From: Sphaerodactylus townsendi
Lineage: Eukaryota
Length of the DNA stretch: 64,000 nt
Assembly (NCBI RefSeq): GCF_021028975.2
Contig: NC_059439.1
Coordinates: forward strand, 23,684,001-23,748,000
Direction: 5' to 3'
The translations under genes were made by a program, and so were the position numbers. Below are positions 36,901-48,367 of the stretch, piece by piece (positions within the stretch are counted from its first letter, which is position 1; each line of letters starts with the position of its first letter). A model generated the notes under the pieces. It saw only the letters and a list, made by a program, of their open reading frames with translations, did not search any database and had not been told where the DNA came from.

Positions 36901-39900
36901 GGAATATGTATTGCCTTCACAGAAAAGGTCCCAGTACCCTTGCATGATTCCTATACTGAATATGGTCAAAAAATATTTTTTATGGGAAATATTTTAAGGA
37001 CATTGTTTGCCACAAAAGCCAATGTGATTATTGCATATGGAGACACTTACTCCATGCATAGTTTACAAATACTTGTATACACCAATGAAGAAATAACAAA
37101 GCGACAGATGCAGAGGAGGATTTGGATCACAACAGCCCAGTGGGACTTATCTTCAAGGATTGTTCGAACAGACTGGAATACCAGGTTCTTCCACGGCACC
37201 TTGTCTATAGCAGACCACAGAAATGATGTACCAGGATTTCAGAGCTTCCTCCGGGGGTTTAAGCTTTACCAACACCCAACCTCTTTAATGCGACAGTTCT
37301 GGGATTTTGTATTTTCCTGTAGAAGCTCAAAACCTGAAAGCTCTGTACAAAATGTAAGGAAATGCACAGGAGAGGAAAAGCTGGAGAGTCTTGGAGGGGA
37401 TGTGTTTGAAATGCACATGTCTGGTCAGAGCTACAGCATCTACAATGCAGTCTATGCCTTTGCACATGCTTTAAATGCTTCTTCCACATTCAGATACCAA
37501 ACGATGAGCAAAAACCCAATTCTGGACCATCGCACAAAGCAGCCCTGGGAGGTAATGTTTGACTTTTAATGTCTGACTTTTCCTTCTCAGCAATGTGCCA
37601 GTGAGAAAGATCACAGTGCTGTGAACAAAAATCAAAAATGTACTGAATCTTTGGTATCTCTTTCTCTCTCTGTTATGCATATGTAACCTCAGCTTGTGGG
37701 TTCTGTGGGCAGTACTTGGAAGGAGTTGCAAAGAACCAAATTTAAACAAAACAGTTTACTTTTCTTTACAAATAACATTAAACATCAACATTTAACATTA
37801 CAATTCAAGGTCCTGTTCAGGTTGCATTTCAAGTCCTTCTAGTTACAGTCTACTGATACTGCCAAGTCCAATTCTTCTTTGCAAGTGGGTTGGCTCCTGA
37901 AGACTCCAAGGGCTTGATGAACAGGATGCAACATGAATGAAGGTTTCCAGGAGAACTCTCACCCATTACAACCACAAAAAGAAACCCTTAACAAGGTGTT
38001 AAGGGCTTATAGAAATCAAGGTCCAAGTCTGGTAGCCTTGTCTTCTCCAAAGAGCTCTGCAGCCTTTCTGCTGCTCTGAGTCTCCACCCCCTTACTGGTT
38101 CAACCCATTCTGGGCATGGGGGTTACACATACGCTATTGCCTTTAATAATTCCCCCTAGTGTTTTTAATTTTCATTTTTGTAGATCGTTGCGGCTTTTCA
38201 GAAAATAATATATGAGCTCCATTTATGTAGTTGAGAAGAGCATTTAGTCAAAATAGCAAAATGAAGTTCATGAAGGATGCTCCACGGCAGAGTGGGAATT
38301 CAAAAGTGGGTCTCACAGATTCTAGTTTGGCACAGTATTCACCAGAAAATGCTGGTTCACACTTTCTAATAAACCAATTCAAGAGTCAGAATATTTCAAG
38401 CTCTTGGAATTCTGTGGCATCCAGCGTGGTTTAGTATTTAAGAGCTGATGGCTACTAATCTGGAGAACCAGGTTTTATTCTCCACTACTCCACTTGAGTG
38501 GCTGAGACTTATCTGGTGAACCAGATGCATATCACACTCCTACATACCTGCTGGGTGATACTGGACTAGTCACAATTCTTCGGAACTCTCTCAGCTTCAC
38601 CTACCTCACAAGGTGTCTGCTGCGGGGAGAGGAAGTGAAAGGAGCTTGTAAGTCATCTTGACTCTCCTAACAGGAGAGAAAGGTGGGGTATAAATCCAAA
38701 CTCCTCCTCCTCTGCTCTTGCTCCTCCTCCTTCTCTTCCTCTTCTTCTTCTTGAGGAACGATGCTGGATTCATACTTGAGGAATGATACTGGATTCATAC
38801 TCAGATTCACAGTACATGAATGCACTGGATACTGCATTCATGTTTGTAGCTTCTGAAGTTTTGCCTTCCCATTTAGCTTCATCCATGTCTGCAAAAACTG
38901 CATTTCAACAACAGTGTTGGGGAGGAGGTATATTTCAATGAACAACAGGAATGGCCAATTGGATATGACATCGTAAACTGGGTCAATTTCCCCAATAAGT
39001 CCTTCATCCCTGTAAGAGTTGGAATGGTGAATCCCTGGACTTCAACTAAACAAAGATTTACCATCAAGAGTGATGCTATCATATGGCCTAAAAGATTTAA
39101 CCAGGTGAGCTCCCTATATTTTAACATCTTTGGACTTACTGTTCTTTTTTCACCAACCATTATTATTATAATTCTCATTGCCATTAGTGTCATCATCAAC
39201 AATTTCTTCATCATTGTTACTATTATAGTTGTTGTTGTTGTTGTTGTTAAGGATAAGAGCCCCATGGCATGGAATGGTAAGCTGCAGTACTGCAGTCAAA
39301 GCTCTGTTCATGACCTCTGTTTGATACTGATGGGAATTGGTTTCAGGTAGCCAGCTCAAGGTTGACTCAGCCTTCCAAGTTCAGTGAACTGAGTACCCAG
39401 ATTGCTGGGAGTAAAGCAAAGATGACTGGGCAAACCACCCCATAATCAAAGTCTGCCTAATAAATATTGCAATGGGACATTACCCCATGGGTCAATAGTG
39501 GTATTCCACAAAATGAGCGTCGCTGTCGTTTTTGTCCTGATACAACTGATACACTTTCTCATATGCTGCTTCATTGTTCAAAGTACAACAACATCAGAAC
39601 CGATTTGAGAACTGTGTTACCAACAGGATTTATGCTCCTTTCTGATAAAATAAAAATGGCTAAGCTTCTAAATAGCTCTAGTGTTGAAAACTCTGAAGCT
39701 GTTGCTAGGTTTTTGCTCTGTGTACTGCAAGTTGAGCAATAATGATCTTTTTATTGTATTTGAAATTATTGGCACTGGTTTTATGCCTAATAAAGGTTTT
39801 GGATTTGGATTTGGGTCAATAGTGACTCAGACCTTGCACAGAGGACAATCTTCAGATGGTTTCATTATTTCTCTTGGGAACTGGTTTCCATTTTGAAGCT

Positions 39901-42671
39901 ATTAGGGCCAAGGAGATCCAGCACTACTAAACTGCAAAATAAACCCAAAAGCAAACCACTTCTTGCGTCAGATTGTGCTGTTATACACTGAGCTTATTAT
40001 CTGGCAACACGCAGCTAAGACTCATGAAACTCAGCCCTTGCTTCTCCATTCCTCTACACCAGTGGTGGCGAACCTTTGGCACTCCAGATGTTATGGACTA
40101 CAATTCCCATCAGCCCCTGCCAGCATTGGCAATTGGCCATACTGGCAGGGACTGATGGGAATTGTAGTCCATAACATCTGGAGTGCCAAAGGTTTGCCAC
40201 CACGGCTCTACACAATGTAGAATGTATACCAATGATTCAATTAATGTACATTGTATGTTTTTGTATTATGTGCTGTTACGTTGCTTCTGACTTATGGCAA
40301 CTTTCTAAACTAATGACCATTAAAATGTCCTACCTTTGCCTGGAAATCTCAGGTTAGTCCAATCTCATCAGATAGCAGAATCTAAAAAGACTTGGCCCTC
40401 GCTACAATTTGGATGGTATACAATTAAGGAATATAAGGGTCATGCCTTGGAGGCTTGGAATGGCAAGCCACCTCTGAACATCTCCTGCCTTTAAAACCCT
40501 ACGATGACAGTATATCTGAGCTGTGACATGATGGTCAAAAAAGCCCTATCCGTAGTATGGATGGCCATTACTAGCTTTTTTTCATCTGAGCTTCCAGGGC
40601 AAACAGGTTTGGCCATGGCTAGGACTTGGATGGGAGACCACTACAGAAATCCAGGGTTGCTATCCAGAGGCAGGTAACAGTGAACCACCTGTTTGTATTG
40701 TCTTAAAAACCCTCAGCTTCATTGAAATACTCAAATCCCCTCACCACATTGAGATGAGTATCCAGGAAGGCACAAGAATATCCTAGTCATTACCTTAAAT
40801 GAAACCATATTTCTTTGCATTATGATTAGACCTTGCCTCATTCCCTGTGTACTGAGAGATGCCATCCTGGATACAGCAGAAAAGTTCTCAGGGGAAAAAA
40901 TTCATCTTGCTGCTATGATTGTTCTCAGTGCCCAGAAGGGACAATTTCAAACCAGACAGGTATGTGGTTTCCATGTTTATAATAATAAAAATTTTTGTTG
41001 TCCATCTGTCCAAAAAACCCCATCTGTGACAAGAAATCCAACAAATACAGCACCTTATACAACAAAACACAAACAATGTTAGCAACATCATATATTGAAC
41101 TAGAAAAACAGAAATAGAAGCTGATATTGGCTGTAAGTTAAATAAACTCAACAGGAATACAATGCAGATTTTATGTGCAGCCTATAAAATCTTTTAAAAA
41201 TGGACTCCAATCTGGAGAACTAGTTTTGATTCCCAACTCTTCCCCATGAATGGTGGACTCTAATCTGATGAACCAGGTATGTTTCCCAACATGAAGCCTT
41301 CTGGGTTACTCTGGACTAGTCACAGTTGTCTTTGATCATTCTCATCCTCACCTACTTCATAAGATGTCTGTTGAGGAGACAGAAAGGGAAGGAGGTTGTA
41401 ATCTGCTTTGAGACTCCTTACAGGACAGAAAAACTGGATATAAATCCAAAGTAGTCTTCTTATTGTTCCTTTAAAATACTGGTGGAAAGGTAGGGCAGCT
41501 ATTTCAGAGTAAAGAAACCAAACTGATGTTGAAGGGTCCTCTTTCTACAGAGGATCATAAGGCAAATTGAACAGACTTGACATTTGAATTTTTTGGATGG
41601 ACAGAGAAGCATTGTCTTCATCACATCTATATCTTCTCTCAGGCAGTAAATCTGCTCTCTTTTCCAGTACCACTTTGCCAGCAAACACAGAGTATATATC
41701 AGGGATGTACTGTTGGCAGGATTTACCTGCTTTTTAAGCTGATCTCCCATTCCTTTTCTGTTCAGATGCATATCAATGTATCCTGTGCCCAGATGATGAG
41801 CATCCAAATGAGAACCAAAATGGATGCATCCCTAAAGTTATAACTCATCTTGCCTACAGTGAGCCATTGGGAATCAGTTTGGCTTTTGCTTCTCTCTCCT
41901 TTTCTCTACTCGCCATTGTTGTCCTTGGAACCTTTGTGAAATATAAAAACACACCCATTGTCAGAGCCAACAACCGGGATCTTACCTACCTCCTCCTGAT
42001 TTCCATCTTGCTTTGCTTGCTTTGCATTTTTTTGTTCATGGGACAACCCAACCAGGTGACCTGCCTTCTTCAACAGGCGGCTTTTGGTAGTGCATTTTCT
42101 TTTGTAATGTCTTGTGTCTTGGCCAAAACCATCACCGTGGTTCTGGCATTCATGGCCACAAGCCCAGGAAACACAGCAAGGAAATGGCTGGGGAAATACA
42201 CAATTACATTATCCTGGTTTGCTCTCTTGATTCAAGTTGGCATCTGGTACTCGATCTGGCTCAGTACTTCTCCAAGCACCATTCCCAGACCTTGACAAGT
42301 TCTCGCAATCTGGACAAATCATAGTGGAGTGCAATGAAGGCTCAGTCACCATGTTTTACATTGTCTTGGGTTACATGGGCTTTCAGGCCAGCGTCAGCTT
42401 CTTGGTGGCCTTCCTGGCCAGGAAGCTGCCAGATACTTTCAATGAAGCCAAGTTCATCACCTTCAGCATGTTGGTGTTCTGCAGTGTCTGGATCTCCTTT
42501 GTTCCAACCTACCTGAGCACCAAAGGGAAATACATGGTGGCTGTGGAGATCTTTTCTATCTTGGCTTCCAGTGCTGGATTGTTGGGTTGCATATTTGCCC
42601 CTAAAATGTATATCATTTTGCTCAGGCCAGACATAAACACAAGAGACCAGTTCTTTAGGAAAAAAAGATAA
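33967..42671 (+). CDS. Vomeronasal type-2 receptor (V2R, class C GPCR), six exons: 33967-34175, 34522-34813, 36700-37551, 38877-39104, 40830-40959, 41766-42671; indel cluster at ~42190-42285 (possible pseudogene)
   Basis: Signal peptide [12 protein letters not shown]; [14 protein letters not shown]; FKWTWIGL; [11 protein letters not shown]; YDIVNW; Cys-rich CHPG..CCYDC..CPEG; [14 protein letters not shown]; [24 protein letters not shown] sites give consistent phases 2,0,0,0,1. Confidence 0.93.
35903..36207 (-). mobile_element. Penelope-like retroelement relic with a degenerate minimal hammerhead motif
   Basis: Minus strand 35955-35995 reads cct-CTGAAGA-tgttagccacagatgccagt-GAAA-tgtt-agg; the relic ends gctttcgacaatacatt. 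Confidence 0.6.
36396..36536. mobile_element. 141-bp Harbinger-type MITE in V2R intron 2
   Basis: TIRs; TSD TCT. Confidence 0.88.
37682..38127 (-). mobile_element. Solo LTR (446 bp) in V2R intron 3
   Basis: tgtaacc...ggttaca termini; 4-bp TSD cata (37678-37681 / 38128-38131). Confidence 0.8.
38420..38752 (+). mobile_element. tRNA-derived squamate SINE
   Basis: A/B-box-like head, gctgggtga..ctagtcac core, taaatccaaa followed by a (ctc/ctt)n tail; same family at 41200-41460, 48368-48660(-) and 51765-52052. Confidence 0.75.
39501..39811 (+). mobile_element. RTE-X-like LINE 3' end nested in a Sauria-type SINE relic (~39270-39850)
   Basis: 13-bp TSD tgggtcaatagtg; near-identical to 13015-13333; [13 protein letters not shown] motif. 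Confidence 0.88.
40060..40205. mobile_element. 146-bp palindromic hAT MITE
   Basis: Near-perfect hairpin cagtggtggcgaacc...ggtttgccaccacgg; 8-bp TSD ctctacac. Confidence 0.9.
40352..40715 (+). mobile_element. Two degenerate 5S rRNA-derived SINE relics
   Basis: aggacttggatgggagacc and atctcatcagat..gaatctaa resemble the 5S internal control region, followed by an RTE-like ggcaagccacctctg tail. Confidence 0.6.
41200..41460 (+). mobile_element. tRNA-derived SINE
   Basis: ggactc..atctggagaac head; same body as 38420. Confidence 0.7.
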
Positions 42672-42854
42672 CATAGAATAACTCAATGGCAATGTTCTGT
42701 GAGAATACCCATTGTTTACTATGAAAAGTAGGCTGCATAACCAATTCCAGTTATGATATCCCATATTTGCACAGCTCTATAATTTTCATGGCATCCAATG
42801 TGTATATCTGAGTACACTGTATGACAGATAAGACAAATCATCATGGCATAGCAG

Positions 42855-43127
42855 CTTGTAGATGGTTTTCTGAATCTTTCTTATTCAAACCAAGAGAAAT
42901 TTGGTACAACTGGCCAGAAGTCTGAAATGTTATGTTGAACTCTCTTCTGGTACATGGACTCTTTTCTGGCACATGAGGATGTTTACATCTACCTTGAAGC
43001 AATACACTAATATTAAATGTGGGACCTAGCACTTCTTAATATGTTATTAAGTTTCAGTGAATCCTAGGGTAGATATTCGGACTGCTTAAAACTCTTAAAC
43101 TGAATCTGATGCAACTTTCAAATGTGA
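42855..43127 (-). repeat. Inverted copy of an OR upstream segment
   Basis: Reverse complement matches 54955-55217 and, in part, 44645-44762. Confidence 0.85.
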
Positions 43128-43389
43128 GAGAACTACTGACAACTTGACAGGGGTCTTGGCCATGTCTGTCATCAGCAACACAGAGCATATTCTACTTGGA
43201 TGAGGAGGCTGGGTACCAGGGCTGCCCAATCCACCCATAATCCTTTGGCCTGTGCTACAGGTAGAGCATGAGCTGAGAAAGGGCTGTTGGCCACCACTCC
43301 CCTTGCTGCATTGTGACCTGGGGTGAGGGCTAAAACAAACTTTGCAAAGATTGTCAAACCTGTAATTGGGTTGCCGACACAGAATCTAG

Positions 43390-43831
43390 AGGGTTAATCC
43401 ATCAATTAAGCAATGGAATCACCAGAAGAAACAATACTTCCTGTGTATAAGAATAAGCAATGGTTCTCATATGATGCCCTTTGCCACCTATGGTTTTTAT
43501 CATATCCAAAAGGGTGTTTTTGGAAATGTGTTGGATCCAAAGTACCCTCCCTCCCTTCCTCTGTAGGCCACAGTATCCCCCTCCAACACTTTGTGGAAAA
43601 TGATGGTAAAGTATCTGTTCACTCAGCCAGTTCAACTTTGTGATAAGCTTACAGCAGAAGTTCCCAGAGGAGATTGCCCAGGAGCATAAACCATGTCAAT
43701 TGTGCCCGGTGAACAGACAGGACTCAGAACCAAGATCACTCCTTTCTACATGAAGGTGACGAAGAAACCATTAGCACTGCTGATGAACCAGTACGAAAGA
43801 GGCTGTGTAAACATTAGAAATTCCAGTGAGT
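43390..43831 (+). promoter_or_regulatory. Conserved upstream block of the plus-strand ORs: candidate promoter plus 5' non-coding exon
   Basis: Repeated at ~49360-49782, ~53900-54358 and ~60870/61330-61760; O/E-like ttcccagag and cccaggag sites; conserved donor ca|gtragt at 43826, 49777, 54353, 61755. Confidence 0.5.
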
Positions 43832-44001
43832 ACAAATCTATTTTATTTGAAACCTTTGTTAGCATTCTGAAGGCGCTTGTGTGTGTAAAGTGCTTTGAAG
43901 TTGAAGATTCATCCTTGAAGGTTGTCCTTCCAAGTAACAACCTTGCTTAGCTTCCAAGATCTGAGAGGACTGGACTGAACCATCAGATTTTAAACAGTCT
44001 T

Positions 44002-44700
44002 AATACCTTGAAGGTTGCACTTCCAAGTAACAACTTTGCTTAGCTTTCAAGATCTGAGAGGACTGGACTGAACCATGCTCCCTTCTGAAAAAGTAGACAA
44101 GGTGAATTTTCAGAAATTATTACTAACAATAACAAATAGTACATTTTATAAGGAGCATTATTTCAGTCTAAGCTCATTCATTTCAATGGGCATAGAGCAA
44201 CTCTGCATAGGATTGCCCTGTAAGACATTTTTAGAGCACGTTTATTTGGCAAGGATGTTGTCTTTTAAGGACAATACTTAAATACTAAAGTCCCACATTT
44301 GAAAGGTGAATCAGATTCAGTTTAGGAGTTTTAAGCAGTCTCAATACCTTGAAGGTTGCACTTCCAAGTAACAACTTTGCTTAGATTTGAAAAGATTGGG
44401 CTGAACCATGCTCCCTTCCCTCTTTCTGAAAAAATAGACAAAGTAAATTTTCAGAAATTATTACTATTCAGAAATTATTACTAACAATAACAAACAGTAC
44501 AGCTCAAAGGAGCGTTACTTCAGTCCAAGCTCATTCATTTCAGTTGGGATAGAGTGGAGCAACTCTGCATAGGATTGCCCTGTAAGCCATTTTTAGAGCA
44601 GGTTTAGAGTTGTTGTCTTTTAAGACAATACTTGAATACCAAAGTCCCACATTTGAAAGTTGCATCAGATTCAGTTTAGGAGTTTTAAGCAGTCTCAATA
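44002..44700. repeat. ~340-bp tandem duplication including a 5S-derived SINE relic (minus strand)
   Basis: aataccttgaaggttgcacttccaagtaacaac at ~44002 and ~44343; single copy in the paralogous unit (~54510-55005). Confidence 0.8.
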
Positions 44701-44810
44701 TCTACCCTAGGATTCACTAGAACTTATTTACATATTAAGAAGTGATAGATCCTACATTTAAATATTTTCATTTAAACTCCTTACGAGATCCCCAATATAT
44801 CATTGCTGCT

Positions 44811-45140
44811 TGAGTGAAGCAGCTGATGACCTTCCCGGACCTTATAATTAAGCTAAACAAAATACAATGGAGTGATTTTATTGGTGGTAAAAGTTGGCCG
44901 TAGCTATTTATTAATAATTATTGATTCAAGGTAAAAGAAACATAGGGTGCAGCATGGGGGTCCGATCTGCGTGCTGGGCAGCCCATGGGCTGTCTCCCAG
45001 TCACTTAAATTATCCTCCAGCCCATCTGCTGAGGAAAATTAACACAAGTTGGAGCAGCTTTTGAGATTCCCAGCCCTGCCATGAGGCTGTCCCTTCCTCT
45101 TTGATAAATGGTGGCCGTGGTAAGTCACGGCTGCTCCTTT
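44811..45140. mobile_element. Interspersed repeat (family of 5768-6474) inserted just upstream of an OR
   Basis: Absent at paralogous site ~55640. Confidence 0.6.
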
Positions 45141-45242
45141 CTTTTTACTCTAACCCTCAGTCTTACATGTGAAAGGGTCCCTTCCACATACTAGTTGTCT
45201 TTTCAACTCTTTGCTTTATATGTATTTCTTTTATTTTCCAGG

Positions 45243-46196
45243 ATGTTGACTAAGAAAGAAAATATTCCACAGAATAGCACAGCACCAATTGAATTCATCC
45301 TCCTGGGTCTTTCTGATGAGCCCAACTTGCAAAGTATATTGTTTTCTATCTTTCTAATGATCTATATCATCATTCTGGCAGGAAATCTTCTCATCATTCT
45401 CCTCACATTGCTGGATCCTGCCCTTCACACACCCATGTATTTCTTCCTAAGAAACCTGTCCTTCTTGGAGATCTGTTATTCATCAGTCAATATACCCAAG
45501 ATGCTCGAGGATCTTCTGTTTGGAAATAAATCCATCTCTTTCCTAGGATGTGCTGTACAGACCTATTTTACATTCCTCCTTGGTGGCTCCGAGTGTTTCC
45601 TTTTGGCCTCAATGGCCTATGATCGCTATGTCGCCATTTGTAAGCCTCTTCACTACCATGTGCTCATGAACAGGAAGGTATGCTTGGGTCTAGCAGTGGG
45701 ACCTTGGTTAAGTGGCCTATTAATGGCCTTTGGTCACACCAGTATGGTTTTTACCATGTCCTTTTGTGGCTCCCATGAAATCAACCATTTCTTTTGTGAC
45801 ATCCCCCCATTAATAAAATTGGCTTGTGGGGACACTTCCAGGATCAAAATCGCTGTATTAGTGATGACTACGATTTTTGGGATTCTTCCTTTTCTCCTGA
45901 TCTTAATGTCTTATACTGGTATCATAATCACTATTCTAGGGATTTCTTCTGCTGAGGGCCGGAAAAAGACTTTCTCCACCTGCTCTTCGCACCTCATTGT
46001 GGTGACTTTGTTCTATGGTTCAGCTTGTATTACCTACTTGAAGCCCAGTTCCACTTACTCACCCAATACTGACAAATATCTGTCTCTCCTCTACACAGTT
46101 GTTGGTCCTGTACTGAATCCTATCATATACAGCTTTCGGAATAAAGATTTTAAAAATGCCCTCAAGAAAATCTGGGAGAGAAAAGCTTTTGGATGA
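45243..46196 (+). CDS. Olfactory receptor (OR10-like, type A), intact, 317 aa
   Basis: ATG directly after acceptor ttttccag|g; LHTPMYFFLRNLS, MAYDRYVAIC, KTFSTCSSHL, PVLNPIIYSFRNK. Confidence 0.97.
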   Translation: MLTKKENIPQNSTAPIEFILLGLSDEPNLQSILFSIFLMIYIIILAGNLLIILLTLLDPALHTPMYFFLRNLSFLEICYSSVNIPKMLEDLLFGNKSISFLGCAVQTYFTFLLGGSECFLLASMAYDRYVAICKPLHYHVLMNRKVCLGLAVGPWLSGLLMAFGHTSMVFTMSFCGSHEINHFFCDIPPLIKLACGDTSRIKIAVLVMTTIFGILPFLLILMSYTGIIITILGISSAEGRKKTFSTCSSHLIVVTLFYGSACITYLKPSSTYSPNTDKYLSLLYTVVGPVLNPIIYSFRNKDFKNALKKIWERKAFG

Positions 46197-46462
46197 GAAA
46201 ACAGCATGGTAATATGGTGTAATATCCAGAATGAGTAAGGCAACATTTGTTCCTGCTTATCACTAATTAATAGACAAATCTATTTCACCAAAGTGGGTGG
46301 ATGAAATATCTTTTTCTAGCCAGCCTAATTTATATTCTTTATCACTCTGAAACATAAAGAATGTCTAAAAAAGAACAAACCGATTTGCAGGAATATGCCA
46401 GGTCAGGTTTTGTGCGTTAGAATTTGCATCCTGGCTTGTGTTTCCCAGACAACTTTCTTTGC

Positions 46463-46499
46463 TTTATGCCTAATAAAGGTTTTATGTATGTATGTATGT
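46463..46499 (+). mobile_element. 37-bp extreme 3' stub of an RTE-X-like LINE
   Basis: tttatgcctaataaaggtt(tatg)n flanked by 12-bp TSD aactttctttgc; empty site at ~51540. Confidence 0.85.
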
Positions 46500-46933
46500 A
46501 ACTTTCTTTGCAGCACTTTTTGATAATACTATGGCAATGTACATACTCTAGCACACTCTTATCTGGGCTTTATTCCTGATCTAAACAAGAGTTTAATGTA
46601 CACAAGCATTTGTTGAATTAAAGCAAGATCTAAGCAGCTTTTTGCAGGGGGAAAAAGGAGGAGTCGTCTTCCTTAACCACTCACAAAGGCTATGGTGGGG
46701 CTCATGTGTTCTGTATTGAAAAAATTTCATGTGTGATGGGGAAACACTGGATGAGATTAAGTGGGAAAATGATCAAATGATGCAGCAGGTTTCCAGATTT
46801 TGCTCTCAAGTCTGCAAGTATAGAAAACCTGTACAAATTAACAAAGATTGGATTCAGAAATTTTTGAATTTTGGTTTTTCTGGTTGTAATTTTAAAATTC
46901 TTTTAACTAAATTATGTAGATTCATGTTGAGTA

Positions 46934-47854
46934 AGCAAAGCCAAGCAAAGACAAGCCTTTATTGGCATAAATAGAACAACAGCAACAAAATGCAGCAAAC
47001 ATAAAATTTTTAAAGGCAAAAAGGATAACCTCAGATAAATACATATTGTTTCTGGCTCTGAATTATTTCAATAACAAAGCTTGCAACCTCTTCACAAAAA
47101 AAAAAAACAGAATCAGAGTTATTCAACAAGAGAAATAATCTAATCAAATCTGTTAACTCAGATTGGAAGAGAGGGTGTAGATTGACATATTTAGATCTAA
47201 TTTTAGCAAATTTAATGCAATGTAATAGCTGGTGAGCCAATGTTTCAACTACATTAGAATTACAGCTACATAACCTTTTAGATTTTTCCAGGTTATTAAA
47301 CCTGCCATGTAGTAAAGCAGATGGCATGACATTGAATCTAGCAATTGTGAAGGCTCTCCTTGAGCAGGGGTTAGTTAGAAAATGTAAGTAGTGGGCCATG
47401 TGACCCTGCTTAAATGGGATTAAAAATTGTGAAGGAGAGCAAGTTCTTTTAGCTGCTAGATATAGTTCTGCAAATTCCCAACTGGTCTTTGAGTAGTTGG
47501 TGCGCTTCTGAGCAGGAAAGAGAGTAGAGTGATTTGAGAGACAATCCAATAGATACAATTTTATTTTCGATCAGAGAAAACCAGGGGTTAGCCTGTGTGT
47601 CTGGGAGTATTAGGGAAACAAGGGAATGTTCAGATGGAAGATAATGAAGACACAGCCAAAATCTAAAGGCTCTAAGCCAGGCTTTAAGTTCCAAGGAATT
47701 TTGCCCAAGTTCCAAACATAGGGCTGCATAGGGGACACAGTTAGGTAATCCCATAATTTTATGGAAAATATGGATTGGAGAGAATTGAGTGAATGGTTGA
47801 CAGCCTGCATCCAGATTGGAGCCCATAAAGTAATTGGGATTCAATCTTGGCATT
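46934..47854 (-). mobile_element. 5'-truncated RTE-X-like LINE
   Basis: 14-bp TSD attYatgttgagta; RRAFTIARFN..PS, ETLAHQLLHC motifs; empty site at ~52270. Confidence 0.88.
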
Positions 47855-48367
47855 ATTTATGTTGAGTAGCTGATCTGTTTGAACATGTATTCTTATGCAT
47901 GTAACTACTGTTCAAACACTGAAATAAAGCATATTTGTACAGGGGTCCTGTTTTGTATTCAGAATCCTTTTGAGCAATGAGCATCCAGATAACTGATCAA
48001 ATCATGCTTCACATTTCTATATCAGCATATGCCAAATGAAACACTTGCACGACTTTCAGATGGGGCGCTTACTTACATACATACATTTGTGCTAACAACC
48101 CCATTTTTAACTAATATTTTCGACAACCCAAAGAACAATTGCCAAAGCTTGAAAACCATCACATTTTCATGGAATTGAATCAAGGACTACATTTCACACT
48201 AATAAAAACCATAGCTAATGTCTTTTCCAGCTTCCTCAACTTTTTGTTCAGCTCAGAGGAAGGGAGTTATAAAATCTAGGAAGTAGTTTGTCGTTGCCTG
48301 CCTCTGCATGTTCTGAGAGTTCTGAGACAACTGTGGTTGGCCCAAAAACAACCATCAGGCTTCAGGT

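Noticed and set aside
38879-39359. Low-complexity ORFs (poly-T/N/V/I)
   Set aside because: They arise from trinucleotide simple repeats in V2R intron 4 and from the antisense of exon 4.
40352-40715. 5S rRNA gene
   Set aside because: Only partial, degenerate similarity followed by a retroposon tail, so SINE-derived.
45195-45242. N-terminal extensions of the ORs (also at 50055 and 55671)
   Set aside because: They start at non-ATG codons and read through a polypyrimidine tract/acceptor; the true ATG follows ttttccag|g.
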